From Octopus vulgaris (Eukaryota), in contig OX597825.1 of NCBI GenBank assembly GCA_951406725.2, positions 1,736,001-1,800,000 of the forward strand: 64,000 nt of DNA. The letters are read 5' to 3'. Position numbers and translations under genes: made by a program. Positions 26,176 to 38,493 of the stretch are shown here, one piece after another. Within the stretch, counting starts at the first letter, position 1. Each line of letters begins with the position of its first letter. The notes below the pieces were generated by a model. That model saw only the letters and a program-made list of their open reading frames with translations, was not told the DNA's origin and did no database searches.

Positions 26176-27371
26176 GTCTGTCTTCCTGCCTGTCTGCCAG
26201 TCTGCCTTTGATGAAACATTACAGTTTCTCCTTAGGCTAACTTTTGAATAGTAAATGTTTCCACATTCTTTAAGAAAATGGAGCTACTAGCAGCGAACAA
26301 TATGCTGCTGCAATGTAGTTTACATGAATCATCAATTCTTAAAACGAGAGAATGCAAAAAACTGTTTACTTGTCCATTGAGGAAAGTAGGTAAATTAGTT
26401 TGTAGCAAAGTTATCCGAAAGCCGTCTTTGCTCCCGTTCACCCAAGCTAAAATGCTTCAAACCCTTTACTGCATGCCGTGTCATACATGTTACATAACAA
26501 TTTTCACATCATTAAAAGTGCTGTGATTTCTTCATTTCAGTAGGTGTTGTGTTATTTTTTCATCGATTTCATAACTTCCACTAACAGACTTGTATTCTGG
26601 CAACCATTTTAACCATAAATGTAAAAGTTAAGTAAATACGTTCTCTAACTTCACTCGGTACTCGCCACTTTCAACGGCTCTTCATTCTTATTATTTCTAT
26701 CATAATTTTGTCGGAAGCAGCACGTAATTGAGTTGAAGGTTGTTTTTGTTCTTTTTTTTACTCACATTTTCACTTGTCTTAAATTGCAAAACACGTTTAA
26801 GCTAAATTGATAAACAAAATTGTCGAATGGTATTCCGTAAAGTCACGTATGTAAATAACACCGTTTTCTACAATACATGATCACAACATTTGACTTCAGT
26901 ACACGACGATATGTATAAAGCATTCCCCACAACATATTTTTATAAATCATGGACTATAATTTCAATTTTTATTCGCCTTGGTTCGCAAAATAGAAAAACA
27001 ATTCCGACATGTAAGCTACCTTCAAAAATGTTTACCGACTTCTGGTCTAAATAACTGAATGAGGAGTAGTGCTATTATATAGAAAACTGCACTAAAACAA
27101 AATTCTTTTTCTCATTGTATTTTTATATACCTTTATTTTTTACAAAGTTACAGCAACAAATTTCTCATTGAAAAATAGTCGTTACCGTAACCTAACTTCG
27201 TGGATTATATTTGATTACATACTATACAATATTATATTATTTTCTATAATGTATGATATTATTTTATATTACATTATTTTATATTGTATTATATATAACA
27301 GTTTAAGACGTTTTATAGCTTTAATATCGTATATTTTTCCTCATAATTTTAAGCATTTTTTCTAGATAAAA

Positions 27372-27422
27372 AGGTTGGCGTGTAAGATGCAGTAGTCTTA
27401 ATTGCGTCGTACACGCTCACCT
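27372..27422 (+). other. Isolated 22-bp stem / 7-nt loop hairpin (pre-miRNA-like candidate)
   Basis: AGGTTGGCGTGTAAGATGCAGT pairs with ATTGCGTCGTACACGCTCACCT: 17 WC pairs, 3 GU pairs, 2 mismatches. The hairpin is certain; its function is unknown. Confidence 0.35.
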
Positions 27423-27504
27423 CTGTATAAAACATCTGCAAAATCTTCACTATTCAGTATTGCAATCCTTTGGAACTTGTTATCTGTCCACGGTGTTGTT
27501 TTCC

Positions 27505-28330
27505 TTCAGCTGAATGTGTTGTTGTTCACTGGAAGGTCAACTCTTAATGGGAGAAGAGTATTACAAACATTCCCATTCTGATGGTCTCGTCTTTTTAAAG
27601 GTATATATAACTACCTTGTGGAAGATCTCTTTTTCTTTTTTTTAAGTTAAGGTGTAATTCGAGAAGAGATTCTGTAGCAGTTTTTAGCATGGCTAGCAAT
27701 TGTATACATCTTAACTCTAATCCCCTCGAATATTGTGCGTGGGAACAACAACGTCTTGGAATATTCTAAGTCGAACTGCTCGCTTTCATTGTTGAAAGCG
27801 AGCAGTTCGTATCAGGTGGAATAATGATGGTGAGATATTATTTCCTTGCAATACACATTTGGTAGAGTGAGAACTGGAAATTTTCATCTGCAATAATTAC
27901 TTGCAAATCAATATTTATAAAATCTCTTGAATGTTTTAAGATACAAAGTTTGAAATTCATAAAAGATCAACGCTACCAAACACGATCCAACGAAGAAAAT
28001 TCCATGTGTTTGTTCAGATTGATAGAAACAGAAAACGAATTTCCTTCAAACCATACCTTCCCGCCAGAAATAAAGAATACATTATATAAAACAGTCGGTG
28101 TATGTTATCCTGGAGGCAAAGACGGGATGATCACGGATGGAGTGACTTGTCACAGATCTGGACGCCGAGGGAAACTTTGGAGTCTAAACGCAAATGAGTG
28201 AGTAACCTGAACTAATAGAAATGAAATCAAATACCCCTCAAACTTTATCCTACCACCTTAAAAAGATAACACGCTGGATAAAAAAAAAGAACGATACGAT
28301 ATTGCTTAAAACACCTCGCATAGATATTAT
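27505..28330. mobile_element. Family C repeats: one minus (~27505-27710), two plus (~28020-28195, ~28200-28330)
   Basis: gttgttgttca..aggtcaactc..cattccc..gatggtctcgtc; gacgggatgatcacgg.tgga..ggagtctaaac; tagaaat..caaataccctcaaac. Confidence 0.6.
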
Positions 28331-28802
28331 TTTAAAAGCACGTTTTTAAATCTTGATTTTACTTATTTTTATTTTAAAACATAGATTCATTTTGGCTGTA
28401 CGTATTTAAAACATTTAGACATTTTATGTTATTGACTGTGTAAGGGTTAAAAGCTACAACAATAACGAAGGTCCCAGTAATCATTTTCAAACTCAACGTG
28501 CAGGGTCGTAGACTTATACTAATACTTCTAGATTATTTTCTTGGTTACGAACACTTTTCTTAAATCTATATTGCCGGTTGTTTTCGTAATCCAATTAATG
28601 TTAAAGTTAAAGATATTGAAAAAACAATTACTAGAAAAATAGTTTACTACCAGCAAGAAGTTCATAATTACATGAGAAGTATCGAGATAAACCACAGACG
28701 ATAAAAACAAACGGACAGAGTTTATTGCTATATCCCTTGCAATTTAAAAGCAAATCTTAAGTACAATTTAATCCGTCGCCCAGTTTAGTTCGACCGCCTG
28801 AC

Positions 28803-28976
28803 CTTTGGAAGTCTCTAGCGGAATTCACTCTATGGCAAAATTTCAGATCATGACTCCTTCCCCCACAACAGTCAAGGAGGCCCCGGAAATAGTCATGGAA
28901 CTGCTTCTGATAATGTGTACTATTTATGGCTTCGATAGTAAAATTATTTAGCAAAGTGCTTGAAGATGTCAACACC
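28803..28976 (-). other. Candidate internal coding exon (unverified)
   Basis: Acceptor ttcattcttcgtttaatttAG, single open frame VLTSSSTLLNNFTIEAINSTHYQKQFHDYFRGLLDCCGGRSHDLKFCHRVNSARDFQ, donor AAG|GTCAGG. Confidence 0.22.
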
Positions 28977-29173
28977 CTAAATTAAACGAAGAATGAAATT
29001 TTAAATACAAAATATAATGTCAAAGTATCCATTACTATTCAAATGGTTCATATATGTTTATGCGACAAAATTCTTGTGTAATATGTTAATGATATATGTG
29101 TGAGAGTGCGTGTGCTTATGTATGTGAGTGTGTGCGTGTTTGTAGGCATATGTCTGTGCATGTGTGTGCGCGC

Positions 29174-29215
<42 letters not shown>

Positions 29216-30112
29216 ATATAACGTTGTTGCAGGAATTTTGCTTATTTCAACAAAATTATATCCATAGAACTACGAAAATTGCAGCACTATGATACAGATG
29301 AATCAACATTTGATATATTTAATGCGATATCCACTTAACTTCCCCACACTCCACCATGAAACGTGGTTTTATATAAATTAAGCTTTAAACGTGGTTCTAT
29401 CCACTTTACAGTAAATTTTGAATTGGTTTTATTTGTTGTTCGGAAGCGACTCAAATTTATCTTGCTTTCTCTCTCTTTCAGAGACGAAAGGAAGAGCTCT
29501 TTGCGTTATTTTCTTCAATTCCCACGGCAAGTTAACTCATCGAACACTTCCAGGAATGTTTCTCACTGATTTATTGTTGCCAGCACCGACCATCACGAGT
29601 TACCTGAAACAATGGACTTCACTTTTACGACTATTTTGGCTTCATTGCATTTCTTTGCAGTCTTTTTTTCCCAATCATGTTTGGGTTATGAGAAAGAATA
29701 ACATTGCATTCTCTTTTTGTTTTGTTTTCTTTTCTTTCTGCTTATACTCGACGAAATACACTCCTAACATTTATAATATTAAGAAGGTAAAAAAACAAAA
29801 ACAAAATGTAAGTCTGCTGTAGTTTATCTAAAACTTAACCGAAGCCGGAATACAGAAACGGATATGAACAAACCTATTTCATATAATAGTAATATAATAG
29901 TATTAAAAGTGATTGTTTTCGACATACAATAGGCTTTACTGAAATGTATAGAATGTAGACGTGTAAATGAAATTCAAGAATGCAATGTTAACAGCTTATT
30001 CTATTAATTGCATTTTATTGTCTCATCATTTATTGCAACACAGTAACTATTGAAATTTCATTCTATGAAGACTGATTTCTTTACCATCTTTTTCTACCTC
30101 TTCCCTTTTTTC

Positions 30113-30174
30113 ATTATTATTATCATTAATATTATTATTATTATTATTATTATTATTATCATTATTATTATTAA

Positions 30175-30209
<35 letters not shown>

Positions 30210-30220
30210 ATAATAATATT
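30113..30220. repeat. (ATT)n microsatellite
   Basis: Visible; directly precedes a SINE A. Confidence 0.98.
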
Positions 30221-30426
30221 AAGGCGCAGAGTTGGAAAATCGTTAGCACACCGGACAAAATGCTTAGCGGCATTTCGTCCGACTTCACCTTCTGAGCTCA
30301 AATTCCGCCTGCTTTTCATCCTTTTGGGGTCGATAAAATAAGTACCAGATGAACACAGAGGTCAATGTAATCGACTCATCCCTTCCTCCCAAATTGCTGC
30401 CTTTGTGGAAAAAGAAATGAAACCAT
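30221..30426 (+). mobile_element. SINE family A, near full length, tail type 2
   Basis: aaggcgcagagttggaaaatcgttagcacaccggacaaaatgcttagcggcatttcgtc..gagctcaaattccgcc..tcatccttttggggtcgataaaataagtaccag. Confidence 0.92.
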
Positions 30427-30439
30427 TATTATTGTCATT

Positions 30440-30572
30440 AAGTTGGCAAAATCGTAAGCACATAAAAAAAGCGATTAAGAGCATTTCTTCTGGCCTTTTA
30501 TGTTCTGAGTTCAAATCTCAGCGTGGTCAACATTGACATTCCTCTTGGCAGAGTTGATAAAATAAAGCACTT
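30440..30572 (+). mobile_element. SINE family A, older 5' part
   Basis: agttggcaaaatcgtaagcac..gttctgagttcaaatc..gtggtcaac..gttgataaaataa. Confidence 0.78.
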
Positions 30573-30619
30573 CGGGAATATAAGAAACATAGTCAGAAGT
30601 ATGAAGGACTTCGGAATTT

Positions 30620-31260
30620 GGCTTGTCATCACCTTTGCGCAACGGTTAAGTATGTGACAGACACAGAGTTACACCCAACAACATGTGATGGAGTGTGTAT
30701 ACTTGGATCTTCAGGTTTGGTGAGCACTAAGTCTATAATGCTACTCCAGAGATGTATTTCGCTGAACGGAGAAGTCCACTTCATTGGTGGTGCTGTGTAG
30801 AAGGTTCAGTTTCGACATGTGTGGAAGTTAAAACTACTTGAAGGCCTTGTTCTCAGAAGAGAGACAAGCATATATAAGAAGGTGACAGACAGCAGCAGAA
30901 GCTGTGAAAGTACTAAGAATATCAGGCTCAAGAGGTAAAGGCCATGATTACATTTGTCTCTGATTTCTATCGGATGTTCTGTGAAGGCGTAAAGGAAGTC
31001 ACTTGATCCACACTTTCCTACAACCGATGATGATCGGAAAGGCTTCCTCCTCCTCCAGCACATGAATAACCACAGGCTACGACCAGCTGCACAAAATAAA
31101 AGTTTTTGCAGGATGATGAGAACATAGAAGCCGGTAAAGGGGGAAATCTGTCGAAGACAGTAAGAAAAATGGATGGAATAAATGAGCCAAGTTAAAAGCA
31201 AACAAGCTGGAAGTTCTTCACAAAAAGACTCCCACACTCCTGGAGGGACCCCGAAGAGAG
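30620..31260 (+). mobile_element. Possible highly decayed RLE-type (Hero/R2-like) non-LTR retrotransposon
   Basis: Frameshifted fragments LDLQVW, STKSIMLLQ, SLVVLCRR, CVEV follow the order of PDIVLWS.STK.VILIE..LV..CR..PVEVG; GC-richer than the flanks. Similarity is weak. Confidence 0.33.
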
Positions 31261-32039
31261 TACTACAGTCAAAATAGGTTTAAACTGATTCTGAGAGGAG
31301 AAAGGTCAAAACGAGGAGGTGGAGATGGGAGGCGAATACCAGGCAACCCTAGATTACATATCAACTTCCTGAGATTGTTAAGTTCTTCAAGTGTTTCCTA
31401 ATAAGAAAATCCTAACGGGCAATTATGAAGAAACCAGTTCACAGAAATTAGTCGGAGTGTAAAGATGTTCGAATTGTTGCGATATATTGTTTCCATCTAA
31501 ATTACGAGTTCTCTACCATACATGAAATATTTCCTTTATTTGTATTTATTTTGCTTTACATTTTGTATTATGTTCTTTGCTCTTCTATCAGTTTATGACA
31601 TTTATGTAAACTCCAAAAACCAGTTTCGCCTTGTATATATGGACTCTTGTGAATATTAATAAACAAAATTCTGTCCTTTCTCTCTCCTTCCAATTATCTT
31701 CCACCAGAAATAAATTAAACCATACTCAAATTACACTTTGCTGAAACATTTGATTTTTTTTATTAGCAGTAAAAAGTGAACTTTTCTTTTCGTTAATTGC
31801 GAAGTTGAATGACAACGCTTTATTCTCTTGTTTGTTTTTGATTTTAGTTTTATAATTTGTGTTGGTAGGTCAACAAATAAACAAACTAGAATCTATTAAA
31901 TATATTTCTGTATAGAACCATTTTTCTGATGCCATATGAAATTCTCTTTTCTAGTTTAAAGTCTAAACACGTTATTTGTGTAAAATGTATAACAAATAAA
32001 TGTCGCAATAAAAGACAGAGATTTCATGGGTTTCAATTA

Positions 32040-32725
32040 GTTGTCGTCGTTGTTAGGACCCACGTCAGACCACCTTTGTCCTTGGTGTTATCCGTTCGAC
32101 GGATCACATTATACAGCGTCCTAGCTACATAATCATGTCTCATAGATAAATGATACCACGATGACATATTCCAGACAACTGCTTATGATGTGGGTGATAT
32201 CTTCGATGTTAACTCCTCAAAGTCTGCATCGGTCGTCACATTTTACTGCTTTTCCTGCATCTCTGTCCCTTTTGTGCATCAGGTATTTGGCGGATATTTC
32301 CTGTTCCTGGATTACAAACGAATACCCATCAAAGTGAGAGGTAGTAATCCGGCTGTTGGGCCATAATAAACTGCTTTGATGATCAATGTTACAAATCATC
32401 TCTGAGCTTTCTACTAACATATCCATGCATGGTTTTCTGCTAATATACGCTCATCCTTTCATCTGATGATATGTTGTGGTAGACTCGTGTTACTTCTTTC
32501 GGCATGTGTTTAAGGCTATTAGACAAGGAATGCTGCTCAAGAAGCTGCCTTCCAAGTCTTATGATGTTATCAGCCTCCTGTATGCAAACTTGGTCAAGGG
32601 ATGCACTTCGACAATTGATGGCTAAAAGATGTTGCCAAAGGAATATGATACGACATTCAAAGGTAGTTTCGATCGATCATAAACCTCTGACACTTTGTTT
32701 TCGTATTAGGTAGAGGCGGTCTATG
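32040..32725 (-). mobile_element. R4/Dong-type (RLE) non-LTR retrotransposon remnant, post-RT region to CCHC knuckle
   Basis: RKQSVRGL*SIETTFECRII (cf. RKQGGRGL), TSHFDGYSFVIQEQEISAKYLMHKR (AIQEQ motif), CRL*GVNIEDITHIISSC (zinc knuckle with Cys>stop). Confidence 0.85.
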
Positions 32726-32758
32726 TATGAATCTATGTATGTATTTATACACACACAG

Positions 32759-32802
<44 letters not shown>

Positions 32803-33529
32803 ATATCAGTTCATTAAATAGAACTGTTAAGACAGTCAAATCAGATTGAGAAATGTTACTGAGTTTATTTTAATCTCTCCTGATTGTTTTGGATAAGATA
32901 TTATATAATTTGGGTGATGTTTGCTGGGGATATTCGTGATTTTGTGGAAATGTAAGCGATGCTTGAGGAAACTAGATAATCATATAATGATTTTAGATAA
33001 CATCGAATATATTATTTTCTCATTTATGCTCAAGAAATGCAGATAGAAAAGCAATACCAAAATCAAGGACGTAAGAGACATTCATCTATCTCTCTCCCCT
33101 ATCTTCCTCCCTCTCTCCCCTATCTTCCTCCTTCTCCCTCTCTCTCTCTATCTTGGATAAAATTATAAACAGAATGAAAGATGATATGATTTGAGTATTA
33201 TTTTATTTGCTACGTCCAGCGGTGTGAACGACCATCGAGAGGGCCTCGTCATACGCCAGATTTGAAAATTATTTTTATATTTACAAGCCTAGCATCGAGA
33301 CAATAAGACGATAACAATACCGAATTGAATTCTGTAAGTTTATACTCGAGAGAAAAGCATGACTTCACAAGCAACAATTCACCCTATACTACAAAATGAA
33401 AGGTTTTTTGGTTCAATGGAAAGAAATCAAAAGCAACTTTTTACATGAATTCAACAAAGCATTAGCAATGTTCTGTTCTTTCAATTTACAATTTTTTTTA
33501 TTATATAGTGCCCAAGGATAATTCTTTCT

Positions 33530-33737
33530 AATTTTGGCACAAATCCTCCAACTTTATTAGTGGGAGGGTGTAGTCAATTACATCACCCCCAATGCTCAGC
33601 TTATATGAATGCCTCTGAAAAGAGTTGAAGGGCAAAGTCGATTTCGGCGGGTTTGAAATCAGATTGTATACAACCGGAAAAAATGCCGAGTGGCAGTTTA
33701 TCTGACGTGTCAACCATTCTGCCAGCTCACCGCCTTA
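33530..33737 (-). mobile_element. SINE family A, full length, diverged
   Basis: attacatcacccccaatgctcagct..tgaagggcaaagtcgatttcggcgggtttgaaatcaga..attctgccagctcaccgcctta. Confidence 0.88.
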
Positions 33738-34317
33738 CAGTGTCGAAAGATAGTATAAACTCCCTGGGTGTATTTTCTTCCATTTGTCGCTTAATGAAAT
33801 ATTGATGTTACTCGAACACGACATATAATGAAAGATATTTGATGTTATATGGTCATATCTGAAACAGTCGTATGCTTTTCGCAGAACCTTCTAGTTTGAG
33901 ATTGGCTGAACAAAGATGTTGATATTCTCAGATCAAATGCTTGTACTTACGTAGACTCCACTAAAGATACCGAGTGTTCCTATGGCTATGTGTGAGTGTG
34001 TGTGTGTGGATTGCCAGTGTCACTAGACTGGCAGTCAGTTAGACTGTACATTATTTCGTTACATCCATTTATATTCTGGATTCTAATCCTACCTCCGAGG
34101 TCGAGTGTTCTTTCATTCTACTGATCAAATTTTCTTCTCGATATTGAGTGATTCTCGCCGATGTTAGAATCCTATATAAAAGCACATTGTATCATATATT
34201 TACGACGAAACATGCAATTTGCTGTTCCTAGGTTTGCGCATAACTACATATTGAACGAGTTCCTTGCGGAATAAAAATCCACATATAGACATCTTTATAA
34301 TTGTCTGCACGTCTTTC

Positions 34318-34660
<343 letters not shown>

Positions 34661-35056
34661 TAATTCTATTTCAGTCTGTGAGAGCCAATCTAGCTCGTTA
34701 GCTAATTAGCTAGCTGGTTAGCTAGCTATCTTGCTAACTATTTTCAGAAGCCAATATAAGCGAAACCTCGTCGTAAACATTCACAATAGATAATATTGTT
34801 TGGATTCTACAATTAGCATTGTGTCCTTTATTCAGTGCATGTTTAGCATATTTAAGTACGCAAACCTCTATAATTAGTGATTATGTATGTGTGTTTTTGC
34901 GTGTGCGCATATATGTGTGTGTGTCTATCTCTATATATATGTCAATCTATCCAGCTATCAATCAATCTATCTATCTATCTATCTATCTATTTAGATATAT
35001 ATATATATCTATATATAATTATATGTCCATATATATATATATTGTGTGTCTATGTA

Positions 35057-35132
<76 letters not shown>

Positions 35133-35971
35133 ACACATAAGCGTACATATATATGTACACGTATATGTGTGTATGTAATGCTTATATTTGGAAAGGAAGC
35201 ACACACGCACACACGCACAAGTGCGTTCACGTACACACACACACGCACTTACTCATATACATATACAGTAAATACTCATTGCATTCTAGTCACCGTTTCT
35301 ATTAGCTACGCTCTTATTTGATGCTGACTAATGACCAGGCGTTACTTTAGTCCACCCTCGTGGTGATGAGACTGAAAATATATAGGCGCCATTTCAATTT
35401 ACAGAACTATAAATAATGGCGTTTAAACGTACGTATGCCTGTATGTCTGCGTACGAGTGTAAGGGTGGGAATGGTTGTATGAATGTCTGTGAATGAGTGT
35501 AAATGTTTTATTTCTGTCAGAATGTATGTATAGTTGTTAAATGTAAAAGGAATGCTTTATTTGGCAAAGAAATACAATGAACATCAACGAAGGAAAATAG
35601 AGTAAGAAGCATATTGCAAACAAGCCATTGTACTGTATAAGAAAAAAAAGTCAATTAAAGGTATGACAGGTTATTCCTTTTCTTAAATTTTGTTATTGCG
35701 AGATTGTTGGTTTTGTTTCATACAAAAATTTTGTGTACAACCTAATTTCTATTTGATAATGAATTTAGAACACACGTACACACAAATACGTCATTCAAAG
35801 AAGGGATACATATGTAGACAACCGGTATACAGAAAGATATATAAATTATGAAGGCAAAGTAAATAGGCTTGTCCTTAAATACATTTATAATTAAATAGAA
35901 AACCTACACTAGACCGCATCCTGTCACTCCAGACAGACGTCACAAGTACAGCCAGACACATACGCGAGCGT

Positions 35972-36038
<67 letters not shown>

Positions 36039-36595
36039 AATGGACAGGCAGACAAACTGATAGACAGATAGATAAATAAATAGATTTGTTGGGACTATCA
36101 GTACTCGGTCCTCGTAGACACATATGCATACATCGGCTGCTATCAGTCGGAAAATTCATTAATATACATTAAAGAAACAGCCACCACAGATTATCATCAC
36201 CGTTTATATGAAATTTATTTAAGAATTGTTGCTCTTTTGCTTCATGCAAAACATGCCTTTTTCTCAAACCTATGATTAGTGTTTAAGGAATAACCATCTT
36301 GTCTTGTCTTTTCATGAATAGTCTATCTAAGACTACACTACTCAATGTGTCCTTCCTTTAGATTGAAGTAACTATTAGTTCCTTCTTTTTGCTGCACTAA
36401 TATTCTAGTGTCTGTATACAAGATTCATATACTATATGCAGGGTTGTCTTAACGGTAATATACAACCTTAGAAAAGGCAAATCACTGGGGCTCCTGTATA
36501 CATACCCACAGTATACATAAATTAGCACTGTCGATCCTAGGCTTGTGACGCCCCGAGCAGGTTTCCAGTGTATTTATTCCTTGAGACTGTACTGA

Positions 36596-36635
<40 letters not shown>

Positions 36636-37139
36636 GTGTGTGTGTGTCCATCCGTGTGTGCGTGTAAATTAAACATGTAGACCGCTTACTGTCTACAAAG
36701 GTTCAATGTATGAAATAGGGTTAATGGTGAGACTGTACACGAGTCTATCGTATGGACTGTATCTGTTTCCGAGAATACTTTTATTCCACTCTCGGCAAAA
36801 CACCACCACATGGCTTTAGGATGTCTTAGCGGAAGTCAATCTACTGCAAGCTTTATTCGAGAATATATGGCTATGCTAATTCGTTGTTACTTATTGTAAT
36901 GATCCATGTGTTATGTTTTAATCCCCTACTCGCTTTGCATCGCCAGTCTCAGCGGCCCCTTAAATGTTATAATTGTGATCTTCTTGTTCAGACTAGCTAC
37001 AAATTATTTAAGCCAATAATTCTTGAAAGAGATTTTAAATAGCAATGCTATGGGTGCTGCTTTTCTACTTCACTCTGCTATGAACGGTAATTCACCAAGA
37101 CAAAGAGAGGGAGGTGGGGGAAGAGAGAAAGGCAAAAGA

Positions 37140-37176
37140 GAGAGATGGATATAGATAGATAGACAGAGAGAGAGAT

Positions 37177-37235
<59 letters not shown>
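37140..37235. repeat. (GA)n microsatellite
   Basis: Directly visible. Confidence 0.98.
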
Positions 37236-37238
<3 letters not shown>

Positions 37239-38493
37239 GATTTTAATATTTCACTGCTGTAAATGACATGGGTTTCAGATTTCAGCTATTTTTGTTACGA
37301 TAGTCCACCATCAAATATTTCTACGTCCTTACCTCTTCTCTAAAGAGATACTGTGACTGATATGATATAATATTTCAAAAGACTGGCGGTATTCGTTGAT
37401 CTAAAGACAACCAAAACTATTCTGCCTGAAGCGATAAACGTGTAGAGGTCAGCACCTAATCAGTAGTCATATCTCCCTCAAATCACACTCTGTTTGGTCG
37501 GCTCAAATAAGATATCTGGGAGCAATTAACGATAAAGAAGTACTTTCACTGAAATCCCAGGGTATAGATGAACACGCAAATGAAAGGGACTAACAAAACA
37601 GTAGTGAAGAATTTAAGAAAACAGGGAACTCTCACTGAACTCCAGTTTAACTGCAAATTCCCTTCCTCGAAAATAAAATACATTTGTTTTTTCTTTCAGT
37701 TAATTGGAGTTAATGGTGTTTAGCTTGTGGTGCAGTGTAGCATACTGCGATGATTGAGTAGGAACAAATGACTTTCAACTTGGTGATCATAATTGTTCAG
37801 TACTGGAAGTTGATAAATGTATTGAATGTATGACAGTAACAAAAATGTATATTGAAAAGAAAAATGTACTGAGGAAAGAAACAACCAAGACAGAGTTTAT
37901 TTTTGTTTCCCTTTCGCTATTAACGCTGACAGAGTTCGAGTACCAATTTCACATTAAGTATTCTCTTTTTATATATGATTGAAAAGAATTGAATAGGATT
38001 TTCTCTGGTAAAGTATTTTATTGATAAAAACCAATTGTAAGAAACGTAGGGACAGTTTTAACAGAGAGGAAGTAAAAACCATATATTACTCATTTTATGA
38101 AAATAGTAAAAAATTTCTTTAAACTGAAATTAACTGTTGAACTGAAATTAATTATCACATCAATTTAATGTCTAGAAGCCTGATGTTAATATTTTAAAAT
38201 ATCTGAACGTTTACAATGTTGAAGCCAGTCATATCACCCCTATTCTGATGTCTTCCAACCGAATATCTTTACGTAGCAATTAATAGGCTTATCACAGAGA
38301 CTTGAGGGGTCAAAGTATATCACTGCAAAAAAACAAGTTCTATTAGTTTAATTATAAATGAAACTAGTAAAGCCTTTCTTTACACCAATATACTATGACC
38401 TTAGCTTCACGACATCAACTCACATGAATAATATATGATTCATATGGCTTACGAAAAAAGTTAATTCAACGACTCTTCTTAACTCTCAAATTA

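Noticed and set aside
28300-28450. piggyBac-like end AGGG-TTAA at 28443-28450
   Set aside because: No convincing matching left TIR with TTAA.
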